A DNA stretch of 63,873 bases, filler included, from Octopus bimaculoides (Eukaryota): assembly GCF_001194135.2 (NCBI RefSeq). It is 7 parts of 7 records of this genome, joined end to end, with 100 filler letters (N's around TTAATTAATTAA, not from the genome) between each part and the next. Parts side by side here need not be neighbours in the genome. Positions count along the whole stretch, not along the records: positions 24,805 to 36,750 come from NC_068991.1; positions 36,851 to 45,040 come from NC_068982.1; 5 more parts are not named here. One strand, written 5' to 3'. Numbering within the stretch: position 1 is the first letter of the stretch; each line of letters starts with the position of its first letter. The position numbers were made by a program, and so were the translations under genes. Under the pieces are notes generated by a model. That model was not told the origin of the DNA. It did no database searches and saw only the letters and a list, made by a program, of their open reading frames with translations. Shown here piece after piece: positions 26,510 to 39,587 of the stretch.

Positions 26510-27265
26510 ATCTAGGTAAGAACACAAGAAGTCTCTGTATTGTGAGATCAACATAATTCCCTGATAAGAATCTAGTTTAACAAATTGAACTTTGGTAAGG
26601 GTACTTATGAGCAAGGTATGATACTAAACCAAGTCGTATAATGCTGAGATCACTTATGGATAAGAGTCAACCCTTATCTGCAAGGGTTGACCTTATGGAT
26701 AAGAGGAACAGGGTGGATTGTTTGCATGTAAAATGTAATGCATGAGGCTTAAACTAGAACAGAATCTGTGAGTGTTAGAGAAAATTTTGGAGAATAGTTT
26801 GCCATATTTAGTTTTAGATCTTTAGTACCTAGGGAAGAACAGAGGGGGTTTTATGTATCATGAGATCACTATAATTCTCTGATCTGGTTTGAGTCTTTTA
26901 ACAGAATCAACTTTATTAAGGATACATATGATCAAGGAATGATACTAAGCCAAGTGATATGATGTTGAGATGGCTTATGGATAAGAGTTGAGAGATTCAT
27001 GTCTAAAGAGGAATGGGGTGGATAGTTTGTGTGTAAGATGTGATGTGTGAGGCCTAACTTGGAAGAGAGTCCATTAACGTTAGAGAAAAGGTGGGGGAAT
27101 AGCTTGGCAGCTTTAGTTGAAATTTTTGGAATCTAGGGAAGAACAGAATGCCTCTGTATTGTGAGGTCACCCTGATTCCCTGGTAAGAATCTAGTTTTGA
27201 ATCTTATAACAAAGTGAACTTTGCTAAGGGTACTTATGAAATGATGCTAAACCAGGTAGTATGAT
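26510..27265. repeat. Diverged tandem repeat, about 310-bp unit, 2.4 copies
   Basis: CTAGG(T/G)AAGAACA at about 26515, 26829 and 27134; ATGATACTAA.CCAAGT and CTTATGGATAAGAG recur at the same period. Confidence 0.75.
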
Positions 27266-27479
27266 ATATCTATTTTTATCACCCAAATAAAAGAGAGAGA
27301 GAATATCATTTATGTCACACACAATAGGACTACATTAGATAAATGGTGACTCAGAGTCAAATTCGTACATATGTAAATATTAAACATGTCGGAGAATGTG
27401 GAACATGTAATTGTATACGTATGTGCAAGCCTGTTTGGCCTATGCATTTATGCACATACATACATACACATATATACAT

Positions 27480-27515
<36 letters not shown>

Positions 27516-28338
27516 TGAAACCCGGGTATATATATATATACATAAATACATATATATATATTTATATATATNNNNNNNNNNNNNNNNNNNNNNNNNNNNN
27601 NNNNNNNNNNNNNNNNNNNNNNNNNNNNNNNNNNNNNNNNNNNNNNNNNNNNNNNNNNNNNNNNNNNNNNNNNNNNNNNNNNNNNNNNNNNNNNNNNNNN
27701 NNNNNNNNNNNNNNNNNNNNNNNNNNNNNNNNNNNNNNNNNNNNNNNNNNNNNNNNNNNNNNNNNNNNNNNNNNNNNNNNNNNNNNNNNNNNNNNNNNNN
27801 NNNNNNNNNNNNNNNNNNNNNNNNNNNNNNNNNNNNNNNNNNNNNNNNNNNNNNNNNNNNNNNNNNNNNNNNNNNNNNNNNNNNNNNNNNNNNNNNNNNN
27901 NNNNNNNNNNNNNNNNNNNNNNNNNNNNNNNNNNNNNNNNNNNNNNNNNNNNNNNNNNNNNNNNNNNNNNNNNNNNNNNNNNNNNNNNNNNNNNNNNNNN
28001 NNNNNNNNNNNNNNNNNNNNNNNNNNNNNNNNNNNNNNNNNNNNNNNNNNNNNNNNNNNNNNNNNNNNNNNNNNNNNNNNNNNNNNNNNNNNNNNNNNNN
28101 NNNNNNNNNNNNNNNNNNNNNNNNNNNNNNNNNNNNNNNNNNNNNNNNNNNNNNNNNNNNNNNNNNNNNNNNNNNNNNNNNNNNNNNNNNNNNNNNNNNN
28201 NNNNNNNNNNNNNNNCAAATTAGATTGGAGCCTGGTGTTGCCATCCAGTTTCACCAGTCCTCAGACAAATCGTCCAACCCATGCTAGCATGGAAAGCGGA
28301 CGTTAAACGATGATGATGATGATGATGATGATAATATC

Positions 28339-28371
<33 letters not shown>

Positions 28372-28918
28372 GTGTGTGTCTTTGTTGGCAGGAGTGTCCT
28401 TGTTATGGCATCGCACAAGAGTTGTAAATGATGATCACCATCTTTGAAAACATGTGTGGATGCAGGGAAAGTATATTGCTTTGCTTGAAACAGGTGACAG
28501 ACGATGTTAGGTAGAGCATCTGGATGTCAAAAAAAATCTGTCTCAGTTTGGATCATGCAATCACGGAAAAGCGTATGTTAAAGCGATGATTATGCTGATG
28601 CTGATAGTGATGGTAGTGGTAGTTGTGGTGTTAACGTTGGTGATGAGGATGATGTTGGGGATGATGATGGGGAGGAGGAGGAGGAGGAGGAGGAAACGTT
28701 GGAGAAGTGGGACATGTCAGACGCTGTATTTAGGCAAAATTCAGCCATGAATAATGCTTTAAGACTAAATAACTGTGTGTGTGTGTGTGTACGTGTGTTT
28801 GTGTGTATGTGAGTGTGTGTATGTGCACTTGTGCCTTCAATGTTTTTGTACCCCTCTAAAACAACAACATACAGTGAGTTCATTGTTAGCTTGTATAACA
28901 TACACTGACACAAACATA

Positions 28919-28969
<51 letters not shown>

Positions 28970-29246
28970 NNNNNNNNNNNNNNNNNNNNNNNNNNNNNNN
29001 NNNNNNNNNNNNNNNNNNNNNNNNNNNNNNNNNNNNNNNNNNNNNNNNNNNNNNNNNNNNNNNNNNNNNNNNNNNNNNNNNNNNNNNNNNNNNNNNNNNN
29101 NNNNNNNNNNNNNNNNNNNNNNNNNNNNNNNNNNNNNNNNNNNNNNNNNNNNNNNNNNNTGTATATATATATATAGATGTATATATATTTATATGTATGT
29201 ATATATATGTATGATAGTATGTATATATTTATATATATGTTTGATC

Positions 29247-29288
<42 letters not shown>

Positions 29289-29739
29289 ACACACACACAC
29301 ACATATGTATATGTATACATACACACACACACACACATACATACATACATACATACATATATGCACACACACACACACACAGACACACAAACATATACAC
29401 ACTCATACAAATTGCATACATGCATTCACAGATATACATATATTAGCATACACAGATACAGAGTGACATATAAATATACACATTCAAAGTCACATATATG
29501 CATTAACCTTCATGCACATGCGTGTGCAACCCCCACCCCCGACACACACACGTGCATACACACACACACACACACATACACACACACACAGTCACACACT
29601 CATGCAACATTATTAATTACATGTCTCCTCTCCTAATCTAAGAAGCATGTTGTAGACTGTACTTCCTTTCTATCTATGTTGCTCTTGTTGTTTTCACTCT
29701 CTCTCTCTCTCCGTCTCTCTCCACATGTGGCCACTGGGT

Positions 29740-29841
29740 TGTGAAGTGGTGACCGACTGCACCCAGCCTCTATTTATACCCTTCCCCTACTGTTCCGTTT
29801 ACTGAGTCACCCACCCCCTCAGTCCCACCCCACCCCCCCAC
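29740..29841 (-). promoter_or_regulatory. Possible core promoter: TATAAATA box with upstream AP-1 site and CACCC boxes
   Basis: TATTTATA at 29771-29778, TGAGTCA at 29803-29809, CCCACCCC motifs 29810-29841; motif co-occurrence only. Confidence 0.3.
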
Positions 29842-30118
29842 NNNNNNNNNNNNNNNNNNNNNNNNNNNNNNNNNNNNNNNNNNNNNNNNNNNNNNNNNNN
29901 NNNNNNNNNNNNNNNNNNNNNNNNNNCCTTAGATTATCTGCAAATCTCCTGAGTACGTACGTGTCAGGGATATTTTCTGAAGCATAGAAAGTGAAGGAAA
30001 AACATGGCAACATCAAATTTTTGTCCCTTCCAAAGTATATGCAGCTACATTTGTGTGCATGTACATGCAGTTTGTTGCGTGTATATACAGGGTGCAATGG
30101 GTAAATTGTCGGCATTAC

Positions 30119-30352
30119 TCTTTTACTCTTTTACTTGTTTCAGCCATTTGACTGTGGCCATGCTGGAGCACCGCCTTTAGTCGAGCAAATCGACCCCAGG
30201 ACTTATTCTTTGTAAGCCTAGTACTTATTCTATCGGTCTCTTTTTGCCGAACCGCTAAGTTTTACGAGGACGTAAACACACCAGCAGTGGGACTGAACCC
30301 GGAACCATGTGGTTGGTAAGCAAGCTACTTACCACACAGCCACTCCTGCGCC
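30119..30352 (-). mobile_element. Family A SINE with internal deletion
   Basis: tRNA head fused directly to the 3' tail; CORE and microsatellite are missing. Confidence 0.8.
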
Positions 30353-31511
30353 TATGGATAAGTTTATTTTAACTATCAAATTACACTGAATTTTTATTAA
30401 TAGAAGTTAATGAGAATATTTTGTTGTGTCTTGGGAAAGTCATTATGGTAATAATTCTTTCTGCTCTAGACACAAGGGCTTGAAATTTAGGGAGGGGGAA
30501 AATTAATTACATCAACCCCTTTGCTCAACTGGTACATATTTAATTGACCCTAAGGAGACTGTTGCCAATAACAACAACACACACATGCAGGTTCACTTCC
30601 ACTTCTTTATTGTTAACGAATTGGTTAAATATCTAACCAACTAATTAACCAATCGATTGTTTGTTTAACGTGCTGGTTAAACAATCGAGCGATTGTTATT
30701 AGTCAAAGTTCTTTTGTCATTGTTTGCGACCCTTTTCAGTGACTCAGTGACTTGCCTCCTCGTTCCAAGGTCTGTTCCGAGTCTGTCTGAGAATTGGTCC
30801 TATGTCTGTGTGTATGCATGTTTGTATGTGTGTGTGTGTGTGTGTGTGTGCATCTGCTTAGAGGAGGATTACTTCATTCAAAGTATAATTAGTATGATTC
30901 ATTTTCTCTCACACACATACACACATACACACACACACATACGTGCATGTGTGCACACTCAACATAATTCCAGATATTTTGGTAAACATTGATGAATAAA
31001 GTTCACTTTATATCAGCTGTCGATATAAAATATACAGATATTCACTATTAATCATGACTTATTAAAATCATATGTTATTGTGTGCATAAGAATGCATGTG
31101 TGTGTGTGTGTGTGTGATTGAGTGGGTTCTACTAATTATACTTTGAACCAATTAATGTATTGTTAATAACTTGTATTAAATATATTCACTCATACATTTA
31201 TACATGCACAAACAGATACATATATACATATATATATATGTGTGTGTGTATGTACGTGTTTGTGTGCATTTATGTAAGTATATATATGTTTGTGTATTTA
31301 TTTATGTATATATGTGTGTGTATATATGTAGATATGTTTAATCCATGATCATTAGTCTAACAAAATATATTTTGTTAGACTAATGATTACGAATCAAATA
31401 TTTTCTCACTCTCAGACTTATCTTTGATTACTTTATTCTTAGTGTCCAGACATAGTTTCTTAATGAATTTGTTACCCACTGGGTAATAATATTATTATAC
31501 TTATTGTTATT

Positions 31512-31549
<38 letters not shown>

Positions 31550-31765
31550 TCCTTTCTACTAAAGGCACAAGGCCTGGAATTTGTGGGGAGGGGGATAGTC
31601 AGTCACAACAACCCCAGTACTTGACTGGTACTTAATTTATCAACCCTGAAAGGATGAAAGGCAAAGTTGACCTCAGCAGAATTTGAACTCAGAACGTAAG
31701 GACAGACAAAATGCTACTAAGTATTTTATCCAGAGTGCTAATGATTATACCAGCCCGCTGCACTT
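31550..31765 (-). mobile_element. Family C SINE embedded in (AAT)n/(ATT)n tracts
   Basis: Same consensus as the 16.4-17.6 kb array; further copies at 20530-20702, 24030-24190 and 58481-58615. Confidence 0.8.
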
Positions 31766-31831
31766 AATAATAATAATGATGATGATGATAATAATAATAA
31801 TAATAATTATTATTATTATTATTATTATTAT

Positions 31832-31870
<39 letters not shown>

Positions 31871-32691
31871 TGCCCAGATGCAGTATCAGGCAGTGGCTCT
31901 CATGGCTTCTGATCTTAACTCATTGGAAGTGTTATCATGTATATTGTTTTGTCTTGGTATAAAAAGGTGGGCTACAGCAAATATTCTGCTCAATACCACA
32001 GATTTGCTTGGCAGTTGCTTGACCATAACCAGTTGAGCATGTCCCTTAGTGGCTTACGATATATGGGGGAGCAACGTAGTCATGTGTTGGGAGGAATTCT
32101 TTGGGGTTTCGATAAATCACTTTTGGAAACATGGGTGTTTTTTTCGACATCCTTAAACAACCCTTATTTAGAGACCTTTTGAGCAGGATGGGCTCAAAAT
32201 ATATATATATATATATATATATACATCGTGAACTCTCCCGTCGTTAGAAGACATATGAGGATTTGGCAGTTTCTTGCCGAACAACCACACAGATGATTTG
32301 TTTATAGTGATCAAATATTTATGTACACATAAGCTCACTCCCTTTATCAAATTGACATTACCTGTACAGGTGCAACAGGTGCCACATGTCAGATGATGAA
32401 ATGATCGCAGAGCAACACGAAATGAAGAACACAACATAATGCCCGGTCTGGGAATCACACCCGTGATCTTGCAGTCGTGAGGGCAACACCCTAACCACTA
32501 AACCCATGCTCCTTCACACTCTGTAAGGTGGTGGTTCTTAGGGAGGGCATCCAGCCATAAAAATCCCTGTCAAAACAGACAGTGAAGCCTGGTGCAGTCT
32601 TCAGCCTAGCCAGTCCCTGTCAAACCGTCCAACCCATGCCAGCAAGGAAGATGGAGTTTAAATGATGATGATGATTCACATGCACATTCTG

Positions 32692-32724
<33 letters not shown>

Positions 32725-34119
32725 GAGGCACATACTTATATCTATGTATATGTAGACATGCAAACACGCACATCATGACAAACCAGAAGCATTAAGGACA
32801 GATCATTGATGAGGTCTGAAATGGTTAAGAAAAGACACTCGGACAAATCAACTGACAGACTGATTGATCAAACTATTAATCAAGTATTTGAGTACTGAAT
32901 TGGTTAATTAGTTAACTAGTTGACTAATGATAATTGTAAAATGCAAAGTATGTGTGTTTCTATTGACAAACTGACATTCTCAACACAAAATAATGTGTGT
33001 GTGTGTGTGTGTGTATGTATGTAGACAGACAGACAGACAGACAGACATAGGCATTGATATTTTATCAAAGCTGATGATTCACTCGGTGTGTGTGTGTGTG
33101 TGTATAAGAGAGAGAGGTAGATGAAAGACTGCGTTGTCTTCCTGAATATGAATTAACTGAGATATGTGGAATAGTAACACACACACACACATGCGCCTAT
33201 ACATGCATTCACATACATAGATATAGCATCGTTTCAAACACTTAAAATCTGTAACGGCAAGCGAATTAAAGTTACCGCATCACCATCATCACCACAACCA
33301 ACAACAACAACAACAACGACAACAACAATAACCACAGTGTCTACCTCTGTCGCTGCCACTACCACCAACCACATCCATACATCAACTTGCTCGGATATGG
33401 ATTAATGGATATAAACTAATTTATTAGTACATCTTGGTAATTATGTAGAATTAGGGATGTGGCCTTGAAAACACCGTTGATACAAACTAAATTACAATCT
33501 TATCAAAACATTCACCAGCACACACACACACACACATACACACTCACACTTGGATATTTATATTACTGTTTATGGCAATTAATTAGAAAAAAACAAACAA
33601 TAATGTTTAAAGGAAATGAAGAAATGAAGGTGGCGTGATGTAAATAACTGGCTGTAAGCTGAAACTATGCGGTGAAACGTTATTTGTTTTAAATCCAATT
33701 TCATACGTCCTGGAAAGGGCTAGGGTGATAGACTTAGCTTTGATGGAGCTCTGAACCCATTCTTTTATTTATGAATTTCTGATGAAGGCAAGGCTGGAAT
33801 GTGGTCAAGAAGCCCGCTTTGCAACCACAAGGTTTTGGGTTCAGTCTCGCTGTGCTGCACTACCTTGGGCATGTAACTTTTATTGTTGTCCTGGGTTGAC
33901 CAGTGCTTTGTGAAGGGAATTTAGTAGATGGAAGTCTAGAAATGTTGATGGTGGATTTAGAATTGCTGTTACTCCAAATTAACTAAAGTGAATTCATAGG
34001 AAACACAAAGAAGGAAACTTATGAAAAAGAGATGATAAAACAAACCTACAGACATGTTAGTAATATAGTGCATTTAAAAAACCTGTCCTCAAATATAGAA
34101 ATACATGAAGTGATAAACG

Positions 34120-34167
<48 letters not shown>

Positions 34168-34586
34168 AATATATATATATTTACACACACATAGTTTGGA
34201 GTCAAAATGAGTATATGACTTCTACTTATGTACATATGTACAGTATATGTATATATATGTACAAGCAAACTTTAGACGATGATTAAGGTAATGATGTATG
34301 TATGTATGTATGTATGCATGCATGCATGTATAGATAGACAGATATAGTTAAACATATATGTATAAACGTATAAATATATATACATACATACATATATTTA
34401 CATATACAAAAACATATATACATGCATATCTATATATCCAACATTGATATGTGTCTGTGTATATATACACACACATTTAAACAAAATGGTGTATTTTCCG
34501 GGTCACCTGCACAGGAGCCAGTCCAGCGGCACTGGCAACAACCTTGCTTGAATGTCTTTTCACGTGCCACCGGCACAAGTGCCTCA

Positions 34587-34627
<41 letters not shown>

Positions 34628-35006
34628 TATATATCTATACATATCTGTATATATATGGCTGCCATGCTGGTGGCACGTAAAAAGCACCATCTGAACATGG
34701 CCAATGCCAGTACCCACTGACTGGCCCCTGTGCTGGTGGCACGTAAAAAGGACTATCCGAACATGATCAATGCCAGGTCTGCCTGACTGGCTCCGGTGCC
34801 GATGGCACGTAAAAGGAACCAACTGTACTCTCGGAGTGGTTGACATTTGGAAGGGTATCCAGCTGTAGAAACATTGCCAGACCAGATTGGAGCCTGGTGC
34901 AGCCACTGACTCTCCAGACCTCAGTCAAACCATCCAATCCATGCTAGCATCGAAAACAGACGTTAAACAATGATGATGATGATGATGTTGATTGTATATA
35001 TGTGTA

Positions 35007-35055
<49 letters not shown>

Positions 35056-35330
35056 GTATGTATATATGTTTATATGTATGTATATATATATGTTTATATG
35101 TTTTTATATACATATATGTTTATATGTGTATGTATATATATGTTTATATATATATATATATATATATATATCTGTATATATGTATATACATATACATGTA
35201 TATACATATACATATATATGTATATAAATATATATATATGAATATACATATATATATGTATATACTTATATATATATGCATATATATCCATATATATATA
35301 TATACACATATGTATATACATATATCTATA

Positions 35331-35367
<37 letters not shown>

Positions 35368-35983
35368 GTATACATATATATATACACATTATCAATCAGG
35401 TTTGGTAGAGTTACTGGTTTAGTAGCTCACGAGCTGACTATGTGCCAGGTGGTATTGGGCTACAGGTTACCAGTAGTGCTAAGAATGACCAGACACATGC
35501 GCATATACATACATACATACATGCATACATACATACATACATACATACATACATACATACATAAATTCATACTTGCATCAATACATGCAGACAGACATAC
35601 ATGCAGACAGACAGGCAGACATTCATCCGTCCATCCATCTGTCCTTGTCATCATCATCATCATCATCATCATCATTATTTATCATCTTAACATTCAGTTT
35701 TTCATCTGACTAATGGCGCATAAGGGCAGACAAAAATTGCTCAGGCAAGCATTTTATCGGCGGAACCTCTTCCTGTCACCGACCCTTACCTGCTTCCAAA
35801 TAATATAATATTTGCTGTATTCCATTAGACAGAAAACAGCTCAATAGTCAGACAAATGGCATTGCTTGTATGAATAGTGACTTTGTTTACTATCAGCGAG
35901 CAAATATTAAAAAGAGAGAAGATAGACATATATACACATGTATACACACACATACATACATACATAGATACATATATATATAT

Positions 35984-36226
35984 ATTGTTGGGAGATGGAA
36001 AGAACATTTTGATGAGTTGCTCAATAGACCTGCTAAAGTTGATCTTTCTTTTCTTGATAATATACCCGAGAGACCAATAAAACATCTTATAGCAGGAGTT
36101 CCAAACCTGGCTGAAATAAAAGCAGCAATCGGGAAATAGAACAATGGAAAGGCCCCTGGTATGTATGGACCAGGTGCAGAGATATATAAATATGGTGGCA
36201 ATCATCTTTGTGCAATATTGATGGAT
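35984..36226 (+). mobile_element. RTE-clade LINE ORF fragment (region before the RT core)
   Basis: IVGRWKEHFDELLNRP...PNLAEIKAAIGK*NNGKAPGMYGPGAEIYKYGG. Confidence 0.85.
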
Positions 36227-36750
36227 GTGATGTATATATGTATAAGACCGCGCGTGTATCGTTGCTGATTTTCTTTCTCTGTCTTCCCTTCTTTGAACTT
36301 TTCCTATATTTCTGATGAAGAGCTCCACTTGAAATGTGAAACCATCTTTCCTTTCCTGAGCGTCCAATAACACTGTACTTATTCCACGTCCTCACATTGT
36401 TGGGGTTCTTTTTGTGTTTTTTCTTGCTTGTTCATGAAGAAATACCACAAGGTATAGAAAATACGTATTCGCCTTTATATATTTAATCCTTTATATTGAA
36501 CACTCAATATCTCGTCTATTCAATAAGACATATTCCATATATTCAATAAGACATTCAATACTTTATTTCATTGTACCATCCATTTTTATTTTATATTATA
36601 TATTGTATAGTATATTATATATTGTATATTCCATATTCTATATCCCACATTGGTTTTGCAGGAATATAAATTTAGCATAAAAAACAGACAGTGTTGGAAC
36701 TCTTTTAAACAAAATAATATATTCCTCTATACACAATCATACAAAACCCT

Positions 36751-36850
36751 NNNNNNNNNNNNNNNNNNNNNNNNNNNNNNNNNNNNNNNNNNNNTTAATT
36801 AATTAANNNNNNNNNNNNNNNNNNNNNNNNNNNNNNNNNNNNNNNNNNNN
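36751..36850. other. Artificial contig-joining spacer
   Basis: N44-TTAATTAATTAA-N44. Confidence 0.95.
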
Positions 36851-36982
36851 ACACACACACTCATTCATGTACATAGATATGCAGACACATGTTATGTATG
36901 TATGTATGTATGTATATATATATATAATGGATAATAGAACAAATGGTTTACACCTGGTATTTCCCATCTTCCGTCTTTTATT

Positions 36983-37016
<34 letters not shown>

Positions 37017-37018
<2 letters not shown>

Positions 37019-37300
37019 TACATATTAAAACTGAAAATGTCTGTGTGTGTGTGTGTGTGTGTATCGGTATATCCTCGTTTTGTGCCAAAACGGCTTGACC
37101 GATTTTTCTTAAACTTTACACGCACATTGCTTATGTGTCTGGAGAGGTTTAAAGTATAAATTGATTTTGAAAAAATGTTCAGGTAAATGATGGGAGGAAT
37201 AACATTTGGGCTCAAGTGGACGGCAAGAGTAATTATTTTAAGCTTCCAAGGGAAATAATCCATTCCCTCCTCCAAGGGAAATAACCCATACATTTTCAGT
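37017..37300 (+). mobile_element. Non-autonomous Helitron/HINE-like 5' region
   Basis: TC start in an AT run, (TG)n tract, then AAAACGGCTTGACCGATTTTTCTTAAACTT, a motif I associate with such elements. Confidence 0.45.
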
Positions 37301-37814
37301 ATGCTTATTTCTTAGTATTTGAACTATTTTAGTTATTTTCTCAATTTATCCAGTATAACGCTTAAACAAGTAAATTGTATTCTCCTAAACAATTGATCCA
37401 CTTATTACGGTTAGTGATTTATTCACGAATATACCAACACTAGTGCTGCTGAGGGTAATTTTCTCTGGGAATGCACGAAAGTCCTTTTCAGACTTATTTA
37501 CTTTGAATTGTTATCTCATATCTAATTAGCCTGTTATTACGTAACATGTTTCACGATTTTAGTGTACATACCTTATTATTATTTCCTCCTAAAATCTATA
37601 TACACTGAGAACGTATTAAAGCCCTTTTCGGGGCTACTTTATTTGAATTCTTACTATAGGGTAATTAATTTCATGTTATTACATAACTGACTTCACAATT
37701 TGGGTATTCATAACTTATTGGGAATTCCTAAAAACAAGATCCTGTGGAAGACAACTTTTGGTATTCCTTGTAAATGCACAAAAACCGTTTTAAGGGCTAC
37801 ATACTTTGCGTTGT

Positions 37815-38110
37815 TGTTACTGGATTAGCAAAACAAATATGAGAACGGAACCAAGGAATAAGCTCGCTTTCCTGGGAACTGACTGGGAGAACAATGCCTG
37901 TCATCGGCACAGATAGAGGAAGCAGGTTAAGGAGGGGGTCGACACTTTTGAGAGAGCACGTATCCAGCACGGCTGGTGTAGTGAATGGGGACAGCTTGAT
38001 CTGCAATGTTTGCAGTCGTGTATGCTTGTCAAGAGCAGCGATCATTAGCCACCAACGGAGCTGCAAATGCAAAATATAAGTTAGTCGTAGAGCGCACAAT
38101 GTTCCTGAAG
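37815..38110 (+). mobile_element. RTE-clade LINE 3' end with C-terminal Cys/His motif
   Basis: DWENNACHRHR*RKQVKEGVDTFERARI and LICNVCSRVCLSRAAIISHQRSC. Confidence 0.75.
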
Positions 38111-38159
38111 GTCAGCAATATATGTGTGTAGAAAGAAGACTGTCGTATATACGTGTATA

Positions 38160-38240
<81 letters not shown>

Positions 38241-38473
38241 ACCCCCACCATTGCTTGGCAACTGATGTTACTGTGTTTACTTTCCCATAAATTAGCGGTT
38301 TGGCAAAAGACACTGATAGAATAAGTACTAGGCTTACAAAGAACAAATCACGTGGTCGATTTGTTCGGCTAAAGGCAGTGCTCCAGCATGGCCACAGTCA
38401 CATGACTGAAACAAGTAAAACAACAAAAAAACTATGCCATTTTAATCACAAGCAAGGCCGGGTATATCTGCTA

Positions 38474-38515
<42 letters not shown>

Positions 38516-39540
38516 CAATGTACATATAACATACATGCGTTTACGTATACGTGCATTGGTGTGTGCGTTTGTGTGCGTGCGTGTGTGCATGTTTGTGTAT
38601 GTGTGTGTGTGGTTATGTGGTTAGGTTAATGGTTTCACTCAGAAAATTTGACGCTTGGTGAGAAAAGGCGCCAAAAATTCGTTTGCTATCAGCAATGTAT
38701 CAGATATTCTGTTCTGTAACTTGTAACACCGTATGAATATAGTCAGCCTGAGTTTGTACGTAAACATACGCGTGATTGCGCTGAATGATTGAATGATTAC
38801 ATATCAAAATACGTATTTAATATTATATGATATAATACAATATAAATGTATGTAAGTATATATATATNNNNNNNNNNNNNNNNNNNNNNNNNNNNNNNNN
38901 NNNNNNNNNNNNNNNNNNNNNNNNNNNNNNNNNNNNNNNNNNNNNNNNNNNNNNNNNNNNNNNNNNNNNNNNNNNNNNNNNNNNNNNNNNNNNNNNNNNN
39001 NNNNNNNNNNNNNNNNNNNNNNNNNNNNNNNNNNNNNNNNNNNNNNNNNNNNNNNNNNNNNNNNNNNNNNNNNNNNNNNNNNNNNNNNNNNNNNNNNNNN
39101 NNNNNNNNNNNNNNNNNNNNNNNNNNNNNNNNNNNNNNNNNNNNNNNNNNNNNNNNNNNNNNNNNNNNNNNNNNNNNNNNNNNNNNNNNNNNNNNNNNNN
39201 NNNNNNNNNNNNNNNNNNNNNNNNNNNNNNNNNNNNNNNNNNNNNNNNNNNNNNNNNNNNNNNNNNNNNNNNNNNNNNNNNNNNNNNNNNNNNNNNNNNN
39301 NNNNNNNNNNNNNNNNNNNNNNNNNNNNNNNNNNNNNNNNNNNNNNNNNNNNNNNNNNNNNNNNNNNNNNNNNNNNNNNNNNNNNNNNNNNNNNNNNNNN
39401 NNNNNNNNNNNNNNNNNNNNNNNNNNNNNNNNNNNNNNNNNNNNNNNNNNNNNNNNNNNNNNNNNNNNNNNNNNNNNNNNNNNNNNNNNNNNNNNNNNNN
39501 NNNNNNNNNNNNNNNNNNNNNNNNNNNNNNNNNNNNTATA

Positions 39541-39587
<47 letters not shown>

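Noticed and set aside
35984-38110. Two plus-strand RTE fragments that could be one broken element
   Set aside because: Separated by an artificial spacer at 36751-36850 and unrelated repeats; linkage not supportable
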